Shown here piece by piece: positions 20,245 through 29,673 of a stretch of DNA of 64,000 nucleotides. Below the pieces are notes generated by a model. The model saw only the letters and a list, made by a program, of their open reading frames with translations. It was not told the DNA's origin and did no database searches. Position 1 is the stretch's first letter. The number at the start of each line of letters is the position of its first letter. The stretch is taken from positions 896,001-960,000 of the forward strand of contig CAVPIW010000006.1 of NCBI GenBank assembly GCA_963705105.1, in the 5' to 3' direction. This stretch comes from an uncultured Nitrospiraceae bacterium. Its GTDB lineage: Bacteria; Nitrospirota; Thermodesulfovibrionia; Thermodesulfovibrionales; Dissulfurispiraceae. Made by a program: the position numbers and the translations under genes.

Positions 20245-21033
20245 TTAATCTGACGTCCAGAGATAGTTTCTCAGGTTCTCCACACTTCTGAGTGCGCGCT
20301 CGGCGGTGTGGGCCTCGACTGTGTAAATGCAGGCATGGTCCCTGATCAGCTCAAAGAGGGCCGGGAAATCGAAGCTGCCTTCGCCGACAGGCAGGTGTTT
20401 GTCGGCAGTCTTGTCATTGTCGTGGAGATGGAGTTCTATGATATAGGGCTTGAGCATGCCGATCCATTCGTCAAGGGGGATCCTCGAAAAGAGGTTGAAA
20501 TGCCCCGAGTCGAAACAGACGCCGAAGGAGTCCGATCGCATCTCCTCCATGAGGAGCCTGAGGTTCGTCGGCTCGTCCTCGAAGACGTTCTCGATGGCGA
20601 TCTTGATCCCCATGCCGACGGCCCGGTCAAGAACGGGTTTCCACGTCTCGACGCTCTTTTGCAGCCAGGGATCGATTTTCAGGGCGTATTTCCATTTCTC
20701 ATACCCCGAATGGAAGACGATGCTGACGGGATTGAGCTGCTCCGCCACGTCAAGGATTTCGTTGAACCGTTCGATGGTCACCTTCCTGATCCGTGCGTCG
20801 GCGGCGCCCGGTGACAGGTCCATGAAGGGCGCGTGGAACGAGACGGCCGGACCGTAATGAAGAGCGTCCTTCAGCGCCCTCACGTCGTCACCGGTCATCG
20901 CATCCATGGTATCGGCGTTGAAAAAGATCTCGAGATTGAAACGGTGCTCCCTGATCAGGTCGATGTGGTCCATCACCTTCTCAAAGGGCACGTGGACGTG
21001 AGGCGTGATAAGATTACTCTGAAGGGACGGCAT
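20245..21033 (-). CDS. Sugar phosphate isomerase/epimerase (xylose isomerase-like TIM barrel)
   Basis: HAPFMDL, IENVFE, FDSGH and HLHDN motifs. Confidence 0.85.
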   Translation of the reverse strand: MPSLQSNLITPHVHVPFEKVMDHIDLIREHRFNLEIFFNADTMDAMTGDDVRALKDALHYGPAVSFHAPFMDLSPGAADARIRKVTIERFNEILDVAEQLNPVSIVFHSGYEKWKYALKIDPWLQKSVETWKPVLDRAVGMGIKIAIENVFEDEPTNLRLLMEEMRSDSFGVCFDSGHFNLFSRIPLDEWIGMLKPYIIELHLHDNDKTADKHLPVGEGSFDFPALFELIRDHACIYTVEAHTAERALRSVENLRNYLWTSD

Positions 21034-21325
21034 CCTTTTTCGTTTCCGCCTTCTGCTCCTGCTTCGCCTCTTTTTTCTGCTCCGATGGAGTCGAATCCTT
21101 TGCCGCCTGCGACTCCTTCTCCGCCCCCTCCGATTTCTTGCGGTCCGGCGAGGCATAGTCGGTCTTGTACCAGCCGGTTCCCTTTAGGATAAAGGATGTA
21201 TTGGAAATGAGCTTCCTGAGGGAGCCGCCGCATACGGGGCAGACCGACAGCGGTTCGTCGCTGAACTTCTGCATCACCTCATGCTTCCTCAGGCAGTCCT
21301 GACACTGATACTCATAAATCGGCAT
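21014..21325 (-). CDS. FmdB family zinc-ribbon protein
   Basis: [11 protein letters not shown]...CPVCGG...[13 protein letters not shown]. Confidence 0.92.
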   Translation of the reverse strand: MPIYEYQCQDCLRKHEVMQKFSDEPLSVCPVCGGSLRKLISNTSFILKGTGWYKTDYASPDRKKSEGAEKESQAAKDSTPSEQKKEAKQEQKAETKKDAVPSE

Positions 21326-21431
21326 TGAATCCTCCTGAATTTACAATAACTTTACTATAATAGACCGGCAGAGCTGCGGTCAATAGAGGTGGGTGCAACA
21401 GTGTCAGTATCGGTTCTATCTCCAGCCACTC

Positions 21432-21666
21432 GTGTCCAAAACAGCTGACATCGAGACCTTGAAAACGAGGATAGGGTTTGTTTTCTGAAGCAAAATTCAC
21501 GGGTAACGTGAACGGTGGCGGGAGTCGAAGGCGCAAGCCGCAGCGGAAGCCGCACAGTGTACCGGAGAAGGCAAAGGTTTTCATACCAAAGGCATACACA
21601 TGAGCATAGGGAGTTTATTTTGCGAAGAAAGCATGCCCTATCCTCGTGTCAGATTATTTTGGACAC
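21432..21666. mobile_element. Second MITE-like family element (GTGTCCAAAA ends)
   Basis: Outer IR gtgtccaaaa..ctgaca / tgtcag..ttttggacac and inner IR cgaggataggg...gcaaaat / attttgc...ccctatcctcg. Confidence 0.65.
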
Positions 21667-21797
21667 CGGTGATTTAATAGTTCAAATTAAAGAGTACCTA
21701 TAGACAACCGATAATAATCTAAGCGCCGGGTGTGGGAAGCGGGAGTTTCCTGCTGCCCGCCACATTCTGGATAGCGCACAAAACAGGAGGATCGTAC

Positions 21798-22883
21798 ATG
21801 GAGATTATTGATATCCTGAGTGCCTCCGTCGAGGCGAAGGCATCGGACATTCACATCGTCGTCGGCAAACCGCCGATGGTCCGGGTCTTCGGCCACATCA
21901 GGCCGCTGGCTTCATTTCCCGCAATCGATGCCGAAACGGCGAAAAGTCTCATTTACAGCATGCTCTACCAGGACCAGATCTCCCGTTTTGAGGAGCGCCT
22001 CGAACTCGATTTTTCCTACAACGTGCCCGGTGTAAGCAGGTTCCGCGTCAACGTGCTCTCCCAGATCAACGGTATCGAGGCCGTGATGCGTCTCATTTCG
22101 AGCAAGATCCCGACTCCCAAGGAAGTGCGCATTTCAGACGTCATCATATCCCTTACGAGGCTGGCCCGCGGTCTCATACTCGTGACGGGGCCGACGGGAA
22201 GCGGCAAAACGACCACTCTTGCTTGCCTCATCGATATCATCAACAACGAGCGTCGCGACAACATTATCACCATTGAGGACCCTATCGAATTCGTCTTCGA
22301 AAACAAAAACTGCGTCGTGCGGCAGCGGGAGGTGGGCATGAACACCCATTCCTTCACGGAAGCACTGAAGCACTCCCTCAGGCAGGACCCCGACGTGATC
22401 CTCGTCGGCGAAATGCGGGACCTCGAAACGATCTCCCTGGCCATCACGGCGGCTGAAACGGGCCACCTTGTCTTCGCGACCCTTCATACGCAGGACGCCC
22501 CCCAGACAGTCGACAGGGTGGTCGACGTCTTCCCGCCCCATCAGCAGCAACAGGTGCGGGTGCAGCTCGCCTCGACGCTGAAGGCCGTCGTCTGCCAGCA
22601 GCTCATCCCGCGGGCCGATAAACGGGGCAGGGTTGCGGCCCGTGAGACCATGATCGTCACTCATGCCATTGCGAACCTCATCAGGGAGGGAAAGACCCAC
22701 CAGATTTACAGCGCCATCGAAACGGGGGCGAAACTCGGCATGTGCACTCTCGAGACCTCACTGGCCGAACTCGTCAAGGAGAGGCTGATCTCCATCGAGG
22801 ATGCTTTCAGCAAGGCGAACAACCAGGATACCCTGAGGCTGAAACTATCGGCCCTGGGAGTGAACCTCGGAATAAGGAAATAG
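21798..22883 (+). CDS. pilT: Type IV pilus retraction ATPase PilT
   Basis: ASDIHI, GPTGSGKTTTLA, TIEDPIEF, LRQDPDVILVGEMRD and AIANLIREGK motifs. Confidence 0.88.
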   Translation: MEIIDILSASVEAKASDIHIVVGKPPMVRVFGHIRPLASFPAIDAETAKSLIYSMLYQDQISRFEERLELDFSYNVPGVSRFRVNVLSQINGIEAVMRLISSKIPTPKEVRISDVIISLTRLARGLILVTGPTGSGKTTTLACLIDIINNERRDNIITIEDPIEFVFENKNCVVRQREVGMNTHSFTEALKHSLRQDPDVILVGEMRDLETISLAITAAETGHLVFATLHTQDAPQTVDRVVDVFPPHQQQQVRVQLASTLKAVVCQQLIPRADKRGRVAARETMIVTHAIANLIREGKTHQIYSAIETGAKLGMCTLETSLAELVKERLISIEDAFSKANNQDTLRLKLSALGVNLGIRK

Positions 22884-22894
22884 GAGTCTAAAGC

Positions 22895-24043
22895 ATGCAG
22901 ACAGTAAATCATTACCTGAAAATGCTCGTCGATCAGGGCGGCTCCGACCTTCACCTCAAAGTCGGCAGGCCGCCGCTCATTCGCATAAAAGGCGATCTCT
23001 TTCCGACAGAACTCCCGCCGATAAAAAGGGACGAGATGGAGCAACTCCTGTCGCCGGTCCTGACCGATGCCAGGAAAAAGAAGCTCCGTGACGACGGTGA
23101 ACTCGACTTTTCCTACCTGATCGAGGGACTTGCCCGTTTCAGGGGAAACATCTTCTACCAGCTCGGCAACATGGGCGCAGTGTTCAGGCTCATCCCGATC
23201 AAAATCGAGACGCTGGACGATCTCGGACTGCCCGATGTGCTGAGGGATATCATCATGAGGGAACAGGGCCTCGTCCTCATTACGGGACCGACGGGAAGCG
23301 GCAAGTCGACAACACTTGCGGCCCTCGTCGACTACATCAATGAGCGGATCCATAAGCATATCATTACCATCGAGGACCCGATCGAGTTCATCCATGCCGA
23401 CAAGAAATGCACGATCAACCAGCGTGAGGTGGGGACCGACACACAGTCCTTCTCGTCCGCCCTCAAGAGGGCGCTGAGGCAGGACCCGGACGTGATCCTC
23501 GTCGGTGAAATGCGCGACCCCGAGACGATCCACATAGCCCTCACCGCATCGGAGACGGGGCATCTCGTCCTCAGCACCCTCCACACGACATACGCGAAGC
23601 AGTCCATCAGCAGGATCGTCGATGCCTTCTCACCGGAGCAGCACCACCACGTCCGCGTCCGCACAGCCGCATCGCTTTACGCCACGATCGCTCAACGGCT
23701 CGTGAAAAAATCTGACGGTTCAGGACGCGTGGCCGTGATGGAGGTCATGATAAACACACCGACGATCCGGAAGCACATCTCAGAGGAGCACCTCGACCAG
23801 ATCGACAAGACCATTGCGGAATCGGCGCAGCTCTATAAAATGCAGACCATGAACCAGCACCTCTTCCAGCTCGCCCAGGACGGCGTGCTGACCAAGGAGG
23901 ACGCCCTCAGCGCGAGTTATAACCCGAACGACCTGAGGATCATGTTCCAGACCCTCGGAGGCAAGGCCCCTGCCGCGGATCCGAAAAAAGTGGCGGCCAT
24001 GCCTCAGAGACCGCCATGGATGAAGGACAAGGAGATCCGCTGA
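22895..24043 (+). CDS. PilT/PilU family ATPase, second paralog
   Basis: GSDLHL, GPTGSGKSTTLA and ALRQDPDVILVGEMRD motifs. Confidence 0.88.
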   Translation: MQTVNHYLKMLVDQGGSDLHLKVGRPPLIRIKGDLFPTELPPIKRDEMEQLLSPVLTDARKKKLRDDGELDFSYLIEGLARFRGNIFYQLGNMGAVFRLIPIKIETLDDLGLPDVLRDIIMREQGLVLITGPTGSGKSTTLAALVDYINERIHKHIITIEDPIEFIHADKKCTINQREVGTDTQSFSSALKRALRQDPDVILVGEMRDPETIHIALTASETGHLVLSTLHTTYAKQSISRIVDAFSPEQHHHVRVRTAASLYATIAQRLVKKSDGSGRVAVMEVMINTPTIRKHISEEHLDQIDKTIAESAQLYKMQTMNQHLFQLAQDGVLTKEDALSASYNPNDLRIMFQTLGGKAPAADPKKVAAMPQRPPWMKDKEIR

Positions 24044-24070
24044 CGGCTTTGCGGGAAACGCCTCGCGACT

Positions 24071-25183
24071 TCAGACTCCGGCCGCATCCATGAGCCTGTC
24101 GAGGCGTTCCGCCCCCTGTCCGCCCGTCGAGTCCTGAGTCATCACCCACTGCTTCAACTTTGCGAGACTGCGGCCCGAGTCGATGGCATCCCTGCTCATC
24201 TCCACACCCGTCCTGATGTCGTCACACCTGCCCGCGACGGTCAGTATGGCCGCGGCATTGAGGCAGGTGAAATCGATGCAGCCGTCGTGACCCCTGCCTC
24301 CGAGCACCTGGAGAAATCGAAGCGCTTCCTGCCGGAGGTCTCCCGTTGGAACGATCTCTTCAGAGCGGCTCCTCCTGAGACCGGCATCTTCCGGTCTCAG
24401 GGTGTATGTGATGCGTTCATCTCCCGAGAAAGTGCATACCATTGACTCACCCGTGACGGACAGCTCATCCATCCCGAGCCCCGACCGGTCATCGCGCCCA
24501 TACACGACCATTCCCCGTTCATATCCGATCATCGTCATGATATCTGCGGCCTTCCCGACGAGCCTCTCAGCATAAACACCCCTGACTCCCTGCGTCGGCT
24601 TGCAGGGGTTTGCAAGGGAGGCGGCGATATTGAGCGTCGAGCCGAACCGTATCTGACTCAGGATCCGCCCGAGCGCCCCCGGGTGCACACGGGGACTCAT
24701 CCCGTTCAGCAGGCCGATCCCGGCCCGCCTGATACTCTCCTCGACGGTACCGATGTCGCATTCGACATCGAGGCCGAGCGATTCCAGGATATCGACGGTC
24801 CCGCAGAATGAGGTGATGGCCCGTGCGCCGTGTCGCGCCATGGTGACGCCGCATGCGGACGCCACAATGGCCGCTGCGCTGCTGACGTTGAACGTCTTGA
24901 GGCCGTCCATGCCCGTGCCGGAATTTTCGAAAAGGGGCCGGGGGAGGTCATCGGAGACCTGCACCGTATCGAATTCCGAGATGGCCCGCCAGGCCCCGGC
25001 GATTTCCTCCGCCGTCTCGCCCTTGGCGACGAGGGCCGCCAGGAAAGCACCCTGCTGGAGATCAGGCTGCTCGTTGAGCAGCACCTCCCTGAACATCCCG
25101 TATGTCTCCTCCCCGGTCAGGTGCTTTCCGTCGATGAGACGCTGTATCTTCTGCCCGAAATCCTTCAGTTTTCGTGTGTCCAT
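24071..25183 (-). CDS. Divergent anthranilate phosphoribosyltransferase-like (TrpD-like) protein
   Basis: GAFLAALVAKGETAEEIAG, GTGMDGLKTFNVSS, RHGARAITS, GMDELS and LNAAA; not in a trp operon. Confidence 0.82.
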   Translation of the reverse strand: MDTRKLKDFGQKIQRLIDGKHLTGEETYGMFREVLLNEQPDLQQGAFLAALVAKGETAEEIAGAWRAISEFDTVQVSDDLPRPLFENSGTGMDGLKTFNVSSAAAIVASACGVTMARHGARAITSFCGTVDILESLGLDVECDIGTVEESIRRAGIGLLNGMSPRVHPGALGRILSQIRFGSTLNIAASLANPCKPTQGVRGVYAERLVGKAADIMTMIGYERGMVVYGRDDRSGLGMDELSVTGESMVCTFSGDERITYTLRPEDAGLRRSRSEEIVPTGDLRQEALRFLQVLGGRGHDGCIDFTCLNAAAILTVAGRCDDIRTGVEMSRDAIDSGRSLAKLKQWVMTQDSTGGQGAERLDRLMDAAGV

Positions 25184-25200
25184 CTGTGCCTCCCTATTAT

Positions 25201-25646
25201 CCTTTCTGTTGCATGAAGAGCCGGGGCGACGCGCTCTGAAACGCAGTGACAGTGCGAGTGTGAGTGTCAGTGAAAGGAATCGTTCTTATATCTACGCTGC
25301 CGTCCTGGTATTCATGACCTTGCTCCCACTGTCGATTGCCGACAATGACTTTAATGACTCAATGACTTAACCTTATCGTTGCAATACACTTCCGGGAAAG
25401 GCGGGGCGTATGCGCCGAAAACCTTGCTGCGGCGACACCATAACTCTCACAGAAGACAACCTTTCAAACCAATGGTCGACCACACAAAGAGTGGAATCCT
25501 GAAAGACAAACCTGACGAGGCTTATCGTCGCCTTCAGCAAGGCTTTGAGGCGCTTCGCCACGCCTTTCTATACAACTACAAGGTTAATGACTCTTACGGT
25601 GGCATCGTCGCTCCGCCTTTCCCGGGAGTGTATTGCAACGATAAGG
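25201..25646 (-). mobile_element. MITE-like element (LX-RX), TSD TTAT, interrupted by a nested copy
   Basis: TTAT|CCTT at 25197-25204 and AAGG|TTAT at 25643-25650. Confidence 0.9.
25371..25583 (+). mobile_element. Nested MITE-like element (LY-RY), TSD TTAA
   Basis: TTAA at 25367-25370 and 25584-25587; removing it restores the aatgacttaatgactc seen in uninterrupted copies. Confidence 0.92.
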
Positions 25647-25661
25647 TTATGATCAGCCGGG

Positions 25662-26633
25662 TTAACGATCCGGATAAAGATGGATTTTCATGCATTCCCG
25701 TTGCTCCACGAGGCCGAGTGCTTCGTCGAGGTCCCGGAGGGGAAACCGGTGCGAGATGAGATCGCAAACCTGAACGGCGCCCGATGCGAGGAGCGACAGC
25801 GCGTCCTCACCATGGCGGTAGCTGCAGCCATAGGCGCCGACGACGGTCTGCTCGAAATAGTGCAGCCTGTTGAAGTCAACGGAAACGACTGCCCTGTCGG
25901 GGGAAAGACCCGAGAAGACGACAAGCCTTCCCCGCGGACTCAGACATGCAAGGGCCTCGTTATATGCTTCTGCGGAGCCGACGGCGACGACGGCGACATC
26001 ATAATGACGGCCCGTCGGCCTGGTGTTGCCCCCGATGAGAGCACAGCGGCGCGGGTCCGGGTCGATGACCGTCGGGACGCCCCCCATCGCGATGGCAGCC
26101 CTGTTCAACAACGTACCGGCCGGACCGGCGCCCCAGATGCAGATCGTCTCGCCCTCTTTCAGCCGGCTCAGTTCAAGGGCATTGAGACAGCATGAGAGGG
26201 GCTCGGCGAAGACGGCCTCCTCATCGGTAAGACTTTCCGGAATGGGGATGACGCTCTGTGCCGGTGTGCTGACATATTCGGTGAAGCCGCCGTCGCGGTG
26301 AAATCCCATTACTTGCATCTGCTCACAGAGGTTCCCGGCGCCGGCCCGGCAGGGCCGGCAGGTGCCGCAGGAGATCCCGGGATAAACATAGACGCGCTGA
26401 CCCGTCTGCAGCCCCCCGACTCCCTCACCGGTTTTGCAGACCGTCCCGACAACCTCCTCTCCGGGAATGCGGGGCAAAATGAGATCGCGGTGCCCGACGC
26501 GGATGAGCTTGAGGTCCGTCCGGCAGAGCCCTGTGACGGTCACCCTCAGAAGCGCCTCGCCCGGTCCCGGTTCCGGCACGGACCTGTCCGTGATGACGAA
26601 TGATCCGACCTGCTCGACGACAACTGCCTTCAC
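25662..26633 (-). CDS. Zn-dependent alcohol dehydrogenase (threonine/sorbitol dehydrogenase-like)
   Basis: GLCRTD, PGEE, CGTCRPC..C, EPLSC and GAGPAG motifs; GTG start behind GGAGG. Confidence 0.88.
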   Translation of the reverse strand: MKAVVVEQVGSFVITDRSVPEPGPGEALLRVTVTGLCRTDLKLIRVGHRDLILPRIPGEEVVGTVCKTGEGVGGLQTGQRVYVYPGISCGTCRPCRAGAGNLCEQMQVMGFHRDGGFTEYVSTPAQSVIPIPESLTDEEAVFAEPLSCCLNALELSRLKEGETICIWGAGPAGTLLNRAAIAMGGVPTVIDPDPRRCALIGGNTRPTGRHYDVAVVAVGSAEAYNEALACLSPRGRLVVFSGLSPDRAVVSVDFNRLHYFEQTVVGAYGCSYRHGEDALSLLASGAVQVCDLISHRFPLRDLDEALGLVEQRECMKIHLYPDR

Positions 26634-26660
26634 AGATCCCTCCATGGCCGCTGCTGTTAT

Positions 26661-26707
26661 AAAACAAAAAGGGTTCCTGCGGACGAACAGCATCCACAGG
26701 AACCCTT
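26661..26707 (-). terminator. Intrinsic terminator/attenuator in the riboswitch expression platform
   Basis: Minus strand AAGGGTTCCTG...CAGGAACCCTT hairpin followed by a T-rich tail. Confidence 0.8.
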
Positions 26708-26734
26708 TGCCATCGGATTCCCAAAATCTTCATG

Positions 26735-26895
26735 TCCCAGCAGGTCTTCTGGCTCTCGGATCTACCGGGGGACCCGGCCTTCCCGGTCAGGGTATGCCCT
26801 GACAGTGGCTGTCGTGTCGACGTGAGTCCCCGTCCCCGATCACAGCGGCGGGACCGCCACGGATTTTCACCGTGTTCCGGATTGCTGGAACGGCG
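26735..26895 (-). promoter_or_regulatory. Cobalamin (B12) riboswitch
   Basis: Minus strand GGAACACGGTGAAAATCCGTGGCGGTCCCGCCGCTGT...GCCACTG...GGGAAGG...AGCCAGAAGACCTGC (B12-box consensus). Confidence 0.92.
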
Positions 26896-27256
26896 TTATT
26901 ATACACCGGGAGAGTGCTCCGGTTTCAAGAGGTGCTTCTTATCCTGGCATCACGAAGCCCTCGGAGAAACGGATTTTCATTACCCTGCGATCCTCCCCTC
27001 CAAATCTTTCATATCACCGCCAGACGCGCAGTGGAATTTACACCCGCAAATCTTGTCCGGGGCCATTTCATCAAGAGCGCGGATTTCCGAAGAAGTCCAT
27101 CCTTATCGAAACGATGTCGCAACGAGCCTGTCCTTCCGAAGGTCCGCAGAGAACGCCAGTGCCGATAAAGGCCAGAGAGTCCTCTGAGAAATCAATGTGT
27201 CACCATGGGGTGTTGCAGAGGCTTTCCAGGCATAGGCCGGATAAGCAAAGAAACCC

Positions 27257-27285
27257 TTGACAGATGGTCTTTTCTCGGATATGAT
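27257..27285 (+). promoter_or_regulatory. Sigma70-type promoter
   Basis: TTGACA-17-TATGAT. Confidence 0.6.
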
Positions 27286-27434
27286 TGACTCAGGAATGAC
27301 GCAGCTTCCCGACAAAGCCACACCACCCGAGAGGTTGGGACGGAAAGTAGAGGGTTGTGCATCTGTCCCGTCTCAGGCGGAGGGACAGGAATGGTCGGGC
27401 TGCCGACGGCAACGTGCCAACAGGGAGGGAAATC

Positions 27435-28778
27435 ATGAAACGAACGATACGTGTCGCCTCAGCATGCTTCGCAGCGATCTGCATTATATCTCTATCAGTA
27501 TGTATCGACTCAGCCCGGGCAGTGAAGTTTCCCATCACCTACGAAGGGACGGTCCAAGTCAAAGCTTCCTTTCCACACGGCAGCTGCCAGGGAGATGCGA
27601 AGATGAAAATCACCCTTTATGCTGACGGGAGATTGCAGGAAACCACCGATGCAATCATCATCGAAAACGCGACAGGCTGCGAGATTGCCTCAATCGACAG
27701 CATGCAGCAACCGTGGAGAGTGCACCAGGGTACACATGACAAAGCCGGCAGTTTCTCGCTCAAAATGGCCTATGTCACCGTCACCGGAACTTTTGGTGAT
27801 CAACAGATCAGCGGTACGGGAACGTTCTCCGACGCCTATATGACCGAGACCTATACCTTTACGCTCTTCGTGCAGGGCAGTGCCCAGAACCGGCAGCCCG
27901 AGATCGCCCTGTCGCCTGCCGACTATCCCTTTTTTCAGTTAAACGTGCTGATGAATAATGGATTCACCATCGCCATCCGCGACGAAGACGGCCTGCAAGA
28001 CAGCACGGGCAACTGGAAGATCGATTGGGGAACCCTTCGGCTGACGATGGACGGCATCGATATCACCGGCCACTTCCTGGACAAGATAACGAAGAATAAC
28101 ATCTTCTCCGTTGAGACGACGAGCAAGGAGCTGCGGCTACACATCACACCCGACCCGGTGAAGTTCATGGTGGAGCACGACGTCTTCTTCATCCTCAAGA
28201 ACGGCACCCACATCATCGAGCTCAGCATCTGCGATACGGGCAAGCTCTGCGGAAGATCGGCATACTCCATCTACTTCGGCCCCTTCATCCTGACAGGGCC
28301 GGTAGATCACCAGAACTGTGACGTGACACTGACGCCGGACCAGCCGTTGAGTTGGGGAAATTACTTCACCCCTGATTTCCTTGTTCTCGGGAACACCGGG
28401 CTCGACTACGGGAAAAACGCTCTATTCTTCGTTTTGATGAACACAGCTCAAGAACTGGAGGCAAGTTTCCAGTTTGACACACGCCGTGTTCCATTTCACG
28501 GCCTCACACCTAACCAGGAGGCCTTGGTGCGTCTGGGATTAAACGGTTGGAGAGATACGATAGTTCCTGTCTTTGACTCACAGAGTATCCCGACTGGTCA
28601 TCTTGAGTACATTCTCAAGACTGATCTTACCCAAGATTCTGCCCTGCGGGCAACGGGCCTTTTCGCCACCAATCCGCGGCTTCATGGACCTCTGAAACTC
28701 TACTCAACGGTCATTGACCAGGAAGACCAGGCGTACCAACTCGGCATCATCGATTTTACATTGTGCCCGGGGAACTAA
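27435..28778 (+). CDS. Exported hypothetical protein (beta-rich, multi-domain)
   Basis: GGGAGG RBS, signal peptide ending ARA, long ORF. Confidence 0.75.
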   Translation: MKRTIRVASACFAAICIISLSVCIDSARAVKFPITYEGTVQVKASFPHGSCQGDAKMKITLYADGRLQETTDAIIIENATGCEIASIDSMQQPWRVHQGTHDKAGSFSLKMAYVTVTGTFGDQQISGTGTFSDAYMTETYTFTLFVQGSAQNRQPEIALSPADYPFFQLNVLMNNGFTIAIRDEDGLQDSTGNWKIDWGTLRLTMDGIDITGHFLDKITKNNIFSVETTSKELRLHITPDPVKFMVEHDVFFILKNGTHIIELSICDTGKLCGRSAYSIYFGPFILTGPVDHQNCDVTLTPDQPLSWGNYFTPDFLVLGNTGLDYGKNALFFVLMNTAQELEASFQFDTRRVPFHGLTPNQEALVRLGLNGWRDTIVPVFDSQSIPTGHLEYILKTDLTQDSALRATGLFATNPRLHGPLKLYSTVIDQEDQAYQLGIIDFTLCPGN

Positions 28779-28920
28779 GATGCATCGTCGGAGGAACGGG
28801 GAAAGGAACCCATAGCCCGCCGCACGCGGACTTCTGTGAGCATTAAAGGTTCAAAATGACGGAGAATGGATAACGAGAAAAACTTGGAAAGGAGACGGCC
28901 CGGCTATCAGGCTGCCGATC

Positions 28921-29604
28921 TTATTTCCTGAAAGTATAGGACTTCACTTTTATCCTCACGGCATGGTTGCGCAGCTCGATGTTCAGCCGCGACGGATACC
29001 ATTGGAGTATCGGCGACAGGTCGGCCGCCTCACCCTCCTCGACATCGATCCTTGCCGGCTCATTGTAGGTAATCCTGAGAGAGTCGCCGTTATTCAGTTC
29101 TATGACCTGTTCCACCGGCAGCAGGGTGTCCTTGCTGACCGTCACCTTCGTGCTCGAATTTCTCAGCATATAGAGCCCCGCCTCTTCCGTGACGGCGTAA
29201 TCGGGAACGTTCCACCAGAAAATGCCGCTCCTCAGGCCGTCGACGAGGAGGGTGCTCCTGTTCCGGTCAATCTTCGGCGTGCTCCTGATGGCACCTTCCT
29301 CCTCATGGATCTCCCCTGCAAGAAAACCGAGGTAATAAAGCCTGAGGGTCAATGCCTTCTCCGAGAGGGATAGGAAGGCGTCGCCGGTCATGACGGAGTC
29401 CTCCTTCCTGTATTCAACGGCGAGCACCGCCTCAATGGACTTGATACTCCTCAGGTCCGCAAGGGCCTGATCGAGGGTTATGCCTTCATGGCGGGGGACG
29501 TCGGCCCGTTTCACCGCGCAGGAAGCCATGAGAGAGAGGGCCACCAGCATGGCCGTCAGCACGACAACCGCACGCAACCGGGACATGCTCACCTTATTGT
29601 TCAT
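28921..29604 (-). CDS. Putative lipoprotein (possibly LolA/LolB-like fold)
   Basis: Lipobox MASC after a hydrophobic stretch; fold assignment is a guess. Confidence 0.7.
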   Translation of the reverse strand: MNNKVSMSRLRAVVVLTAMLVALSLMASCAVKRADVPRHEGITLDQALADLRSIKSIEAVLAVEYRKEDSVMTGDAFLSLSEKALTLRLYYLGFLAGEIHEEEGAIRSTPKIDRNRSTLLVDGLRSGIFWWNVPDYAVTEEAGLYMLRNSSTKVTVSKDTLLPVEQVIELNNGDSLRITYNEPARIDVEEGEAADLSPILQWYPSRLNIELRNHAVRIKVKSYTFRK

Positions 29605-29673
29605 GAGCCATACCTTTTTCCGGACCTCCGACTCTTAGAATCACCTGTTCCCGCCCCTTCTCATCGTCCCTCC

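Noticed and set aside
21488..21580. Possible c-di-GMP-I riboswitch upstream of pilT (GCAAAA..hairpin..GCGCAAG)
   Set aside because: Spacing does not fit the GEMM consensus, and the segment is explained as the inverted arm of the 21432-21666 element.
21798..24043. Tandem PilT paralogs as a novel system
   Set aside because: pilT/pilU-type tandems are common.
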